Part shown: one piece after another, positions 6,629 to 15,555 of the stretch | Position numbering within the stretch: position 1 is the stretch's first letter | Layout: each line of letters opens with the position of its first letter | IMG/VR virus record: IMGVR_UViG_3300042441_000082 | Coordinates: 1-26,124 of that record | Strand: one strand, 5' to 3' | Length of the DNA stretch: 26,124 nucleotides | From: a virus | Lineage: Duplodnaviria > Caudoviricetes | Notes under the pieces: model-generated | Seen by the model: only the letters and a program-made list of their open reading frames with translations | What the model was told of the DNA's origin: nothing | The model's database searches: none | Program-made: the position numbers and the translations under genes

Positions 6629-9625
6629 TTAAGGGTCTGGCTGACTCTCTGTGTGCAAAATGATAAAGTCTTGTGCTATGTGATACAGATAGTTATCTGA
6701 TCCATCTTGAGGGGGCTCATGTAGATGTATTTCATTCTCACACAAGCTGCTAAATACTTTCACACTCTGCATTGTGCCCGTAAAACCATGCAACAGACCT
6801 CTCAGAGCCTCAGACATTTGTTTGCATTCTGTGAGAGAGTAAGACCAGCAATCAAGCTGCATTCGTGCCCGTGCTGTACCAGTGCCCGATTTCAAATGAT
6901 GCATGTGCTCATGTGAAATTCTTTGATATGTGATTGCAGGCAGTGTTACATTCTGCGGTAATCTGATGGGATACATTCTAGTGCCAATCAGACCTGATAC
7001 CGTTGCATCTGCCAAAACATAAGTTCTCAACTCTTGTAACAGATTCAGAGGCTTAATCTGTAAATCACCTGTTAATGATGAATCTGCCTGCATATCAGCA
7101 GTTGCAGCAATAATCAGATTGGCATAACCGGTTAAAGATGAATCTGCTGATAAATGAGCCTTGGCTGCAATGTTCAAACCGTAATATGCACTTGTGCCTG
7201 CTGTGAGCCCTCCAGAAGCAACAACGTTATATGTCAGATCAGGCAGGACTGAACCACCTGCCAGCAATCCGCCTGTTGGTACTGGTGATGTGATTTTGAA
7301 ACGTCGAGCATAACCACCAGCAGCCAGACCACCAGCAGTAACAACGTTGTATTTAACGAATGCATCACCGGCAGTGCCTGCTGTTAATCCTCCTGATGGG
7401 GAAAAGATATCATTGAATGTCTGTAAGGCAGAACCACCAACCAGAGAACCAGAAGCAGCAGTAATGTTGTATGTGAAATCAGAAACAGCAGATGAGCCTG
7501 CTGTGAGTCCTCCTGAGCCTGTTACAGATCTTGTGACATAAGGCACAGATGAGCCTGCCAGCAGAGCCCCACCATCAACGGGAATGCTGTATCTAACGTT
7601 TGATGCTGCTGTACTGCCTGCTGTGAGTCCTCCAGATGGGGAAAAGATGTCATTGAATGTCTGTAAGGCTGAACCACCAGCCAAAGCACCACCATCAGCA
7701 GTAACGTTGTATGTTGCGTTTGGTACTGCTGATGAGCCTGCTAGAGCCCCATCAGAGGCAGAAATGTTGTATGTTAAATCAGGATAAGCAGAGCCACCAG
7801 ATAACACACCAGCAACATCAACGGCAAAGTTGTACTCTGCAAAGACATCACCAGCAGTACCTGCTGTGAGTCCTCCTGTTGGCTCGATGATATCATTGAA
7901 ATCTTCTGAGGCTAAACCGCCTGCTGTCAGACCTCCTGAGATGATTGGTGTGATAATGTTGTTTAGTCTGGCAGATGAGCCAGCCAGAGCCCCACCTGAG
8001 CCCGTATAACTGAAATCAATTGATGGTACTGATGAGCCACCAGCAGCAAGACCACCAGCAGTAACAATGTTGTACTCTGCAAAGACATCACCGGCAGTGC
8101 CTGCTGTGAGTCCTCCTGATGGTTCAATAATATCATTGAATGTCTGTGAGGCTGAGCCACCAACCAAAGCACCAGAAGTAGCAGTAATGTTGTATGTGGC
8201 AGTTTCAACAGATGTGCCACCTGCCAGCAATCCGCCTGTTGGGGTTTCAGTTACAGTTTTGGTAACATCAGCAGCACCACCAACTAGAACACCATCAATA
8301 TTTGTGATTGATGAAACATCAGCAGCACCGCCAACAACAACACCGCCTGTACCAACATGAATCATGTCATAATAGACGACCAATCGAGGCTCAAAACTTG
8401 ATGCATCTGAGTAATCGTAGGCATAGCGTGTTGCACCTGAGTCTGTCAAAGCCTCATCTGTGATCATCAGAAACGTGATGTTATCGCCAGTTGTCCAATC
8501 ATAATCAATTCTTTCTTGCACCAGACACTCAAGCTCTGTTGCGTGATAAACCTGATTGACTGTATCCCAACTGTAATTTATCGTCCAAGTCTTTTTTCCT
8601 GCTGTTCTGTTTAATGCACTGGGGTGTGTGCCAGTAGAGCAATCTATTGTGTTCGCGTTTCCACATTCGATATAAATATCAACGACAACATCACCATCAG
8701 TCACACCTGCAATATCAGCAGTCTTACAATTGAATTCAATGTATGATTGATTAACTACGATCTGTATTGATTCTGTTGGTGTCGGAATTGAAAGGTCTTT
8801 AAATCTAAGCCAGATATTTGCACCTTTACCGGCAACTGCTTGTGCCGACAGCTCGACATCTGACAACATCGAAACAGCATTGTAATCACCAAGCATAAGT
8901 TGGTTATTCTGGCAGGCTGAGCCACAAGCATAAAATCCATCGTCTTCTGTTGCTGTAATTTTCTTTGTTAGCTTTGTTCCGTCTGGCTGACCTGATGCAG
9001 TGCAGGTTGGAGCAACACAACCACAAGGGGAGATGCTGCAATCATAAGTGTCACAATCATACCCATAGCCATAACCACCGCTTGGATTATGGTAATACAC
9101 TTTCAGTGTCACACCATCGATATCAGCAGTTCTTGTGTCTGTGGTGCCACCCTCAAAAGAAAAAGTCATGTCAACACCGCCAACCGTTGGCCAAGATGCA
9201 TCATCAACAATGTTTTGAATCACACATGTCAGGTTTGGAGTTGAGTAAACACCATCAGTCACCCAAGAGCTATCAATTGACCACAATACAGAATCATTGC
9301 CATAGACCATACTTGAGTGAGTGCCACAATCATAAGTTGCTGTGCCAATGACAGAATATATGTTTAAATCAAAAGTTGTGGTTTCATTGCTGGTGCTGGT
9401 GATCTCTAACCAAGCTTTTCCAATTGTTGCCCCTGCTGGAATAGTGACATTTTCAAATGAAACCCAAGTTTTATAGGGTGAGCCAAACAACAGATATGAT
9501 GTAAGGCAATCGTCAGGATGATCAAAACCACCAGTTGTACCAGTGCCCTGAAAATAGTAACCGCTGGTGTCTTCGGATGGCACACAAGCTTGTGCTTTCA
9601 AAAATATTTCTTGGTATTGTGACAT
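6629..9625 (-). CDS. 998-aa fibre-like virion protein: two beta-rich domains, 20 Gly-rich repeats, C-terminal DUF3168-like domain
   Basis: Two related N-terminal domains (WVSFENVTIP / WLRFKDLSIP), Cys-rich linker, 20-aa repeats, then ELRTYVLADATVSGLIGTRMYPIRLPQ...PAITYQRIS...RMQLDCWS. Confidence 0.75.
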   Translation of the reverse strand: MSQYQEIFLKAQACVPSEDTSGYYFQGTGTTGGFDHPDDCLTSYLLFGSPYKTWVSFENVTIPAGATIGKAWLEITSTSNETTTFDLNIYSVIGTATYDCGTHSSMVYGNDSVLWSIDSSWVTDGVYSTPNLTCVIQNIVDDASWPTVGGVDMTFSFEGGTTDTRTADIDGVTLKVYYHNPSGGYGYGYDCDTYDCSISPCGCVAPTCTASGQPDGTKLTKKITATEDDGFYACGSACQNNQLMLGDYNAVSMLSDVELSAQAVAGKGANIWLRFKDLSIPTPTESIQIVVNQSYIEFNCKTADIAGVTDGDVVVDIYIECGNANTIDCSTGTHPSALNRTAGKKTWTINYSWDTVNQVYHATELECLVQERIDYDWTTGDNITFLMITDEALTDSGATRYAYDYSDASSFEPRLVVYYDMIHVGTGGVVVGGAADVSSITNIDGVLVGGAADVTKTVTETPTGGLLAGGTSVETATYNITATSGALVGGSASQTFNDIIEPSGGLTAGTAGDVFAEYNIVTAGGLAAGGSSVPSIDFSYTGSGGALAGSSARLNNIITPIISGGLTAGGLASEDFNDIIEPTGGLTAGTAGDVFAEYNFAVDVAGVLSGGSAYPDLTYNISASDGALAGSSAVPNATYNVTADGGALAGGSALQTFNDIFSPSGGLTAGSTAASNVRYSIPVDGGALLAGSSVPYVTRSVTGSGGLTAGSSAVSDFTYNITAASGSLVGGSALQTFNDIFSPSGGLTAGTAGDAFVKYNVVTAGGLAAGGYARRFKITSPVPTGGLLAGGSVLPDLTYNVVASGGLTAGTSAYYGLNIAAKAHLSADSSLTGYANLIIAATADMQADSSLTGDLQIKPLNLLQELRTYVLADATVSGLIGTRMYPIRLPQNVTLPAITYQRISHEHMHHLKSGTGTARARMQLDCWSYSLTECKQMSEALRGLLHGFTGTMQSVKVFSSLCENEIHLHEPPQDGSDNYLYHIAQDFIILHTESQPDP
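7180..8355 (-). repeat. Coding tandem repeat, about 20 x 60 nt, with a 240-nt higher-order period
   Basis: Unit core GG(L/A)xAG(G/S/T); FNDI-containing unit recurs at 7411, 7651, 7894 and 8134 (spacing 240/243/240). Confidence 0.9.
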
Positions 9626-9628
9626 ACC

Positions 9629-10165
9629 TTATGTATGTTTCTGAATGATGATCTGCCAGCCTGAGAACAGCACTTTTATTTGATGTTGATAGAGATGCAA
9701 GAAAGAATCAATTGCCGGTTTGGGAAAGATCTTGGCTTTGCCTTCCCAAAGATAATCATCAAAGATCAGTATGCCTGAGTTTTTCAACAGACGAAAACTC
9801 AATACAGCATCCTCTAAAACGTCTCTGCCCTCATGACTCCCATCAATATAAATGAAATCAAAGCTGCTGAATCTGAGTTGCCTTAATGCAATGCAAGAGG
9901 CAGATTTGATTTTCTTGACTTTGTGGCTTTGTCCAGACTCGACAACATTACAATCAAACTGTTTTTCAATCTCTGGTTTAGTCCAAACATCAACACAAGT
10001 GATTGTTGATTGCTCATCTGTCAGAATGTTTTTCAACATCCAACAGCAAGACCTGCCCTCATAACTGCCGATTTCCAGAGCCTGAGCAGGCTCATCTTTT
10101 AAATGTGCAAGATGCTCATTCCAATGTTTGATGTTGTGGGAAAACCAATCTGTTGAAAATTCCAA
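9629..10165 (-). CDS. Class I SAM-dependent methyltransferase (Methyltransf_24-like)
   Basis: ALEIGSYEGRS, ITCVDVW, FDFIYIDGSH, LKNSGILIFDDY. Confidence 0.9.
   Translation of the reverse strand: MEFSTDWFSHNIKHWNEHLAHLKDEPAQALEIGSYEGRSCCWMLKNILTDEQSTITCVDVWTKPEIEKQFDCNVVESGQSHKVKKIKSASCIALRQLRFSSFDFIYIDGSHEGRDVLEDAVLSFRLLKNSGILIFDDYLWEGKAKIFPKPAIDSFLHLYQHQIKVLFSGWQIIIQKHT
9630..9637 (-). promoter_or_regulatory. Late-promoter-like motif CATACATA, 4 nt before ATG 9625
   Basis: CATACATA-aggt-ATG; overlaps upstream stop codon. Confidence 0.65.
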
Positions 10166-10166
10166 A

Positions 10167-12488
10167 TCATACCGCCTGAGTCACAATGATAATGTTGCCT
10201 TTGACCTGTTCTGCCTGCTCCTGAGAATGCAGCTCAACACCTGCCCAATTCGACACATGCACGATGTTTCCTAATGGTGCAAACAAATCAATGTATTTAT
10301 CGAGTCTGTTATAAAGCACATGATTTTTGATCTCACCTGAGAAATCTGTTGCAATCTGTAAGAAAAACAAGCCCTTTGGTTTCAAGTATTCAAAAAACAT
10401 TTTGGTCTTTTGCCTGATATCAACATTGGTTTCTGCTGATATCCTGTCTAGTTCGTAGTGAAACCAGCTCATACCTCTTACATAGATGCAATCAAAGTGC
10501 CTCTTTGGAAATCGATAACAAAGATTATCTGCCGAATCACAGATAAAACTTGCTTTTGATTTCCTTTGTTTGGCTGCTGTAATGCCTGCTTGACAGACAT
10601 CTAAACCAGTCACATCAAAACCCATATCAGCCAAAACAGCAGACTGAAAACCCATTCCACAACCCAATTCAAGAATTCTTGCGTTTGATTTCAGTTTGAA
10701 TTTCTGTTGAAACCATTTCTGAAAGAATCGTTGCTCTTTGGCTGTTTCGTATGACCAACCGCCTGAATTGTAAAAGGCAGTGTACTTGTCTATTTCGTCC
10801 TCTTTTCTTGCAGAGAAATATTCAGCAACATCACTGTGCAACTGTGGCTTGTCTGTGTTCCATGACCAAAGACCATTTGAATCAATGGCAATATCATCAG
10901 AGCAAAAGTTGCTTTGCTTCAATATCTCAATGCGTCTGTTGTAATTCCTGTTTGCTTTTTCACCATGCCAAAGATGCTTAATTGTGCCCGAACAAACACC
11001 AACAGTTGAATGAGCAATCTGTTGTTGCTGCTTCTGCCAATCGTTTAAGGGTTGGTTTTTCAAAGCTGAATAAAACGTGTTGAGGTAAGTCTGATCTTTC
11101 ACTATCCCTGCCAGAAACTTAGCATCAGAGCCACCCACAATATCAGCATCAAATATACCGTTGGGCAGAGCATCTAATCTTGCAGCCCAAGCACCACCGG
11201 GAGCAGCATAGACATTGAGCTTTAAACGTTGTGTTTCGGCATAGCTTTTAACTGTTCTTTCAACTTGTCCTGTTGAATCAAGATAATCAACCTGTTGAAA
11301 AAGTTGCACAAACTGGTGTTTCTGCAATAGCTGCTTTGTTTCCTCAAACCAATTTGGATTTTCGAAAATCAAATCTGCATCAACCCAACAAACAGCATCA
11401 ACTGAATCGGGCAAACTCTCAATGCCGATGTTCAGCAATCTTTCTTTCTGCCACATCAGATTGTTTCTGATGTCACCATTGATTTTAATTGAGTCTTCAA
11501 ACTCAAAGTTGCCATCAAAGGAAAGCTCAACCAATGTTACAGGTTGCCCGATCTCAGCAAGAAACCTCTTGCAGTTTTCAACAGGTCTTTGAAAATTACA
11601 GGGGTTAAAATGGCAAGCAACAATTGCCATTTCTTTAACAGGTGAAAGTTTAAGTTGCTCATCTTCTTTACGATCAACAAAGTATTGTTTTATTCTATTG
11701 TGCATATCAGGCTTGTCTGTATTCCAAGACCAAAGCCCGTTTGAATCCAGTTTGATATCAGAGGCAGGATCAAAATCATTGTTTTTTAAGATGCTGTGTC
11801 TGCTGACATACTGCCGGTTTTGGTGCTTCCCGTGCCAAAGATGAATAATCCAATCTGGCAGATAACCAACTTTGCCTTTGGTCTTGTCATAGGCTTCTGT
11901 TGCCCATTGTTGGAATGCAGAAGCATGTTTATTTGACATCTGTTTTAATGTGTGGTTGTGGGATGATCCTGCCCAAGCATCAAACATGAGAGTGTCAGCA
12001 CCGCCAACAATATTCAAATCAAACAACGGGAATAATTCTCTGCGTGCTGCCCATGCATAACCGGGTCTGGCTTTTTTCTTGTCGTTCAGTTTTACAATTG
12101 ATGGTGCTTTTGCTTCCATCTCACCGGCAGAATTAAGCAGAATGCTTGTTTCATAAAGCTGAATCACTGGGAATTCATCAAGCAGTTTCTCTGCATCAGC
12201 AGACCAGTTATCATTCTGGAAAATAATATCTGCATCTATCCAAGCAATTTTGTCATATTTATCAGGCAGAGAATCAATCAACAGATTCAGCAGTCTTTCT
12301 TTCTGCCAAAGCAGATTGGTTTCATTTCCTTTGATCTGCATAGCATCAGGGATAATGAAAGAACCATCAAACGAAAGCTCAACTGTAAAAAGGTCAACAC
12401 CTGTGAGATGTTTTTGAAATTCAAAGTAATTCTGTTTGATATTGTGGTAATTGCACGGATTAAAAAAGCAGGATACAGCAGCAAGCAA
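10167..12488 (-). CDS. Tandem GT-A-like glycosyltransferase domains fused to a class I methyltransferase (773 aa)
   Basis: Two copies of FNPCN...VELSFDG...WQKERLLN...W(I/V)DAD(I/L)IF...HLWHG...NR.Y...DSNGLWSWNTDKP...RKEDE (DxD motif); C-terminal ILELGCGMG...VTGLDV...FDCIY...LKPKG. Confidence 0.8.
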   Translation of the reverse strand: MLAAVSCFFNPCNYHNIKQNYFEFQKHLTGVDLFTVELSFDGSFIIPDAMQIKGNETNLLWQKERLLNLLIDSLPDKYDKIAWIDADIIFQNDNWSADAEKLLDEFPVIQLYETSILLNSAGEMEAKAPSIVKLNDKKKARPGYAWAARRELFPLFDLNIVGGADTLMFDAWAGSSHNHTLKQMSNKHASAFQQWATEAYDKTKGKVGYLPDWIIHLWHGKHQNRQYVSRHSILKNNDFDPASDIKLDSNGLWSWNTDKPDMHNRIKQYFVDRKEDEQLKLSPVKEMAIVACHFNPCNFQRPVENCKRFLAEIGQPVTLVELSFDGNFEFEDSIKINGDIRNNLMWQKERLLNIGIESLPDSVDAVCWVDADLIFENPNWFEETKQLLQKHQFVQLFQQVDYLDSTGQVERTVKSYAETQRLKLNVYAAPGGAWAARLDALPNGIFDADIVGGSDAKFLAGIVKDQTYLNTFYSALKNQPLNDWQKQQQQIAHSTVGVCSGTIKHLWHGEKANRNYNRRIEILKQSNFCSDDIAIDSNGLWSWNTDKPQLHSDVAEYFSARKEDEIDKYTAFYNSGGWSYETAKEQRFFQKWFQQKFKLKSNARILELGCGMGFQSAVLADMGFDVTGLDVCQAGITAAKQRKSKASFICDSADNLCYRFPKRHFDCIYVRGMSWFHYELDRISAETNVDIRQKTKMFFEYLKPKGLFFLQIATDFSGEIKNHVLYNRLDKYIDLFAPLGNIVHVSNWAGVELHSQEQAEQVKGNIIIVTQAV

Positions 12489-12493
12489 TGTGT

Positions 12494-12895
12494 TTATTTT
12501 CCTTTGGTTAATTTTCTGATGCCATCACCAATCTTTTCCTCTAAACTGTCTCTGGCTGAGTTTTTGTTTTTGTCAAATGTTTGTCTGGCTGCTGGATTGG
12601 CAGGAATATCTTCTGTACCAAATTCTACGAATGCGGCGTGAAAATCAGCAGGGTCTTTTGATCCAATCACAACATTCATGCTGATCTGTTTTCTTGACCG
12701 TCTGCCTGCCTTTACCTTGACTCCCTTTTTGGTTTCTTTGGTTTCACCAACAGGCACAGCATTCTTGATATCGCCTGCCATTTCCTTTTGTACTTCTCTC
12801 ATTGCTCTACGAACCATTTTCAAACCCTCAGAGCCAAGCTTTTTCAGCTTTTTATCAAACTCTTTGACTCCAGTAATTGCAAACTTTCCCGCCAT
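12494..12895 (-). CDS. HK97 gp10-like neck/tail-completion protein
   Basis: ITGVKEFDKKLKKL...APV-like...FHAAFVEFGT...PANP. Confidence 0.88.
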   Translation of the reverse strand: MAGKFAITGVKEFDKKLKKLGSEGLKMVRRAMREVQKEMAGDIKNAVPVGETKETKKGVKVKAGRRSRKQISMNVVIGSKDPADFHAAFVEFGTEDIPANPAARQTFDKNKNSARDSLEEKIGDGIRKLTKGK

Positions 12896-13228
12896 CTATA
12901 TTTTCTCCGTACATCGCAACACATATTCAAAACTCGCCTCCTTGAAATTCATCACTGAGGATATTTCCAATGTTCTGCTGTCGTATGAGATTCTGTCTCT
13001 GGGAGTGATGTTTAGCGTTGGGTCATAGACAAGCCTTACCTCATGCTCAAGATACCCCTGCATCTGCTGAGCCTGTGCTGCCTCTTTACCACTCAAGGGA
13101 GTGACAGAAGCCCAACGAGTACCGACATCGGACCAATAGCCAGATGTAACAATCTCTTGACCTAATGAGTTCTGCTCTATTGGTGTGTGTCTTTGAATCG
13201 TAATGCGTTTGTTTTTATCGCCAGTCAT
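12896..13228 (-). CDS. Head closure protein (SPP1 gp16/HK97 gp7-like)
   Basis: GDKNKRITIQ...W..V...WASVTPLSGKE...DRI.Y..R.LEI. Confidence 0.9.
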   Translation of the reverse strand: MTGDKNKRITIQRHTPIEQNSLGQEIVTSGYWSDVGTRWASVTPLSGKEAAQAQQMQGYLEHEVRLVYDPTLNITPRDRISYDSRTLEISSVMNFKEASFEYVLRCTEKI

Positions 13229-13233
13229 ACAAG

Positions 13234-13241
13234 TATGTATG
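13234..13241 (-). promoter_or_regulatory. Late-promoter-like motif CATACATA, 5 nt before ATG 13228
   Basis: CATACATA-cttgt-ATG; no SD. Confidence 0.7.
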
Positions 13242-13245
13242 ATTG

Positions 13246-13815
13246 TTAAACCGGAATTGAAACAATGTAATGAGACAGTGAGTCATAAAAAGCACTTGGC
13301 AGAGGTCTCAAACCTTCTCTGTCATAATACCGGGCAGTTATGTAAATCATCATTGCATCTTTGATTTTGGCAGGCACATCTGTTGCAGCATCTCCAAAAC
13401 CACATGTGTATGTGATTTCAACCGCATTTAAAACACCTCTGGTTGAGGGCCAGCTCTGCCCATAAGCAGGAATCACTCTGGCAGGCTCACTGTAAATATC
13501 AACCTGATACATACTGCTGTCTAATGTTTGCAGAGTACCGCTTGTGTCAATGTACTTGAGACTTGAAACAGCTTGGCATGTTGGACGATCAAGCAGAATC
13601 ATTTCAGGGAAGCAATCAAAAAACACTTTTCTGGTTGCAGTGATGAATTGCCGTTGTGTAATCTGCTCACAGAATATCCTTGAGCTGCTGATAAGGTCAG
13701 TTACCCAAGCATCCTCTGCGGTTACAGAATACTCTAATTTGATTTGATTCTTTGCCTCATCAAGTGAAACGGGCTCAACAGCAGGCTCAACAATAACGCG
13801 ACTTTCTTTGATCAT
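13246..13815 (-). CDS. Head-tail connector (HK97 gp6/phiE125 gp8-like)
   Basis: PAVEPVSLDEAK...T.RQFI...WPST...AVEITYTCGFG...VPAKIKDA...YYDRE. Confidence 0.9.
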   Translation of the reverse strand: MIKESRVIVEPAVEPVSLDEAKNQIKLEYSVTAEDAWVTDLISSSRIFCEQITQRQFITATRKVFFDCFPEMILLDRPTCQAVSSLKYIDTSGTLQTLDSSMYQVDIYSEPARVIPAYGQSWPSTRGVLNAVEITYTCGFGDAATDVPAKIKDAMMIYITARYYDREGLRPLPSAFYDSLSHYIVSIPV

Positions 13816-14039
13816 TATTCACCTGTCTTTTTAGTCTTGCGTCTTGGCTTTGGTTTATCAGGTGTTTCAAATGTTTCTTTTTTCATGTCTGCTGTTTCAT
13901 ATTCAACAACAGAATGAAATTCAGCAGCACCTTTGAAAACAAGCTCTTTTGCTCTGTCGTCTGAGACTTCAACAACATCACCTTTTTGATAGCAATGCTG
14001 TCCGATTAACTGTGAGTAATTCAATTTAATATTTTTCAT
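13815..14039 (-). CDS. Small capsid-downstream protein (74 aa)
   Basis: KGDVVEVSDDRAKELV..GAA plus basic tail; common type between capsid and connector genes. Confidence 0.7.
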   Translation of the reverse strand: MKNIKLNYSQLIGQHCYQKGDVVEVSDDRAKELVFKGAAEFHSVVEYETADMKKETFETPDKPKPRRKTKKTGE

Positions 14040-14044
14040 ACTGT

Positions 14045-14052
14045 TATATATG
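14045..14052 (-). promoter_or_regulatory. Late-promoter-like motif CATATATA, 5 nt before ATG 14039
   Basis: CATATATA-acagt-ATG, immediately after the capsid terminator. Confidence 0.7.
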
Positions 14053-14056
14053 CCTT

Positions 14057-14095
14057 TAAAAACAAAAAACCTCAGCCCGTAATGAGCTGAGGTTT
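14057..14095 (-). terminator. Rho-independent terminator after the capsid gene
   Basis: AAACCTCAGC/GCTGAGGTTT stem followed by a U-tract on - strand. Confidence 0.85.
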
Positions 14096-14112
14096 GTGAT
14101 TATCGTGAAAGA

Positions 14113-15405
14113 TTAGCTAGTGATAGCATCAACGATTGCAGCAAAGCTTTCATCATGACGTAACTTGATGTCGCAATCTTGGAACATGACAAGTCTGACT
14201 GTTCCAGAACTGGATCCAGTGTAAGGATCAACCAAGATATCGAGTCCGCCCCACATACCAATTAACAAATCTTCCCAGTTACCAAAGATCATAGCAGAAA
14301 GGTCTGTTCCTGTTCCTTTGGTTAAATCAGATGGTACTTGATTTGTGACCAAAGCACGGTAACCATTCACAGGTGTGCTGCTGCTTTCGGTCCAAACATA
14401 GTTAGGATAACCGGAAACTTTTTCTTTCTGTTTTAGATAGCCTCTCATCTTAGCGTTGGTGACATAAGCCAGATTTCCAACATCAGCATTGTTTTGTGCA
14501 ACTTTGGTTTCAAGTTCAATCATGTTTGCATTGGTTGGATTAGCACCATTAGTACCCAATGCAACAGATCCAATGCCTGAATTCTGCAGAATACCCTCTG
14601 GCTCTGCACCAGATCCTGAACCATTGATACAGGCTCTATCAAGTTCAAGAGCAATCACAGTTGCTAAGTCTTGACGGGCGAAATTCTCAGCACTCACAGA
14701 ACTTTGTTTAATGAACTTTCTGGAAAGGTCAGTAAATGCAGTTACTGATTTTGGTGCAAGAGGTACTTGACCAATGGTTGCATTGCTGGCAGAGGTTGCG
14801 TTTCCTTCGGTAACCCAAGCAGCAGTTGTTGTGCCTGTCTGTTTTGGAATAGACAAAGATGAGGTCAGACCGTCAAGAATCTTTGCACCCAATGATTGCA
14901 CAACCATTTTGTTTCTGAGGTATTCGATAAAGTTACTTGCATCAGTAACAGTACCGACTGCACCTGAGCCTGTGGTTGTGGTCAAGTCATAATTTTCAAC
15001 AGTCAGACTTGAGGGCATATAAAACCCTTGAGGCTGTTTGCCAGTCTGTTTTGCAATTTCGTCAGAAACTTCTCTTTCCAGACCGTCAAGTTTTTCACCA
15101 TTGGCAAACTTATTGAGGGCTCTGAGCAAAGAGTAACTTTGCTTGGTTTCTTTTGGCAGATCAATTGCAGGCTGTTCAGGCTCACTGATTCTGCCTGCAC
15201 TCTGCTTGAAAGTCAGCTCAACTCTTTCAAGTTGCTCCAATCTTTCATATTGTTCTTTTTCTTTGTTAGCATCACTCATGATGCTGTCAAATTTGTCAGC
15301 CTCTTCTGCTGTCACATCACGTTTGTCAGCATCTGCTGCATCCTGAATTTTACGGGCTTCCGCAATCAGGTTTTTGTATTTCTCTAAATGTTCTTTTGAC
15401 TTCAA
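14113..15405 (-). CDS. HK97-fold major capsid protein with N-terminal delta domain
   Basis: Coiled-coil N-terminus; IPKQTG..AAWVTEG...LAPK...NGSG..EPEGIL...FGNW..L.IGMWG..DPY; AGGAGG SD plus TTG. Confidence 0.96.
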   Translation of the reverse strand: MKSKEHLEKYKNLIAEARKIQDAADADKRDVTAEEADKFDSIMSDANKEKEQYERLEQLERVELTFKQSAGRISEPEQPAIDLPKETKQSYSLLRALNKFANGEKLDGLEREVSDEIAKQTGKQPQGFYMPSSLTVENYDLTTTTGSGAVGTVTDASNFIEYLRNKMVVQSLGAKILDGLTSSLSIPKQTGTTTAAWVTEGNATSASNATIGQVPLAPKSVTAFTDLSRKFIKQSSVSAENFARQDLATVIALELDRACINGSGSGAEPEGILQNSGIGSVALGTNGANPTNANMIELETKVAQNNADVGNLAYVTNAKMRGYLKQKEKVSGYPNYVWTESSSTPVNGYRALVTNQVPSDLTKGTGTDLSAMIFGNWEDLLIGMWGGLDILVDPYTGSSSGTVRLVMFQDCDIKLRHDESFAAIVDAITS

Positions 15406-15426
15406 CAGTCCTCCTAATTAGGGCAT

Positions 15427-15465
15427 AAAAAAACGAACCGATTTCTAAAACTAGAAAACGGTTCG
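15427..15465 (-). terminator. Terminator-like hairpin with U7 in the capsid leader
   Basis: CGAACCG-t-TTTCTA/TAGAAA-t-CGGTTCG then TTTTTTT, ending about 12 nt before the SD. Confidence 0.6.
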
Positions 15466-15537
15466 CCGTTATAATGAATGAATTTAATTTAAAACCCAAA
15501 AACGCTCGTTAAAAAGCGTTATTACTTAAATCTGCTG

Positions 15538-15545
15538 TATCTATG
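15538..15545 (-). promoter_or_regulatory. Late-promoter-like motif gctgCATAGATA upstream of capsid gene
   Basis: GCTGCATAnATA as at 4483, 17854 and 22801; 10 nt after the protease stop. Confidence 0.65.
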
Positions 15546-15555
15546 CAGCTCTGTT

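Noticed and set aside
7180-8355. Diversity-generating retroelement TR/VR pair
   Set aside because: Repeats are in-frame tandem coding units, differences are not adenine-specific, and no reverse transcriptase is present
9629-12488. DNA methyltransferase or restriction-modification role
   Set aside because: No DPPY/NPPY or PC catalytic motifs; patterns fit small-molecule or glycan methyltransferases
13229-13241. Upstream motif as an ordinary sigma70 -10 box
   Set aside because: Conserved pattern is TAnATA, not TAnnnT, at the required spacing, and no -35 is evident
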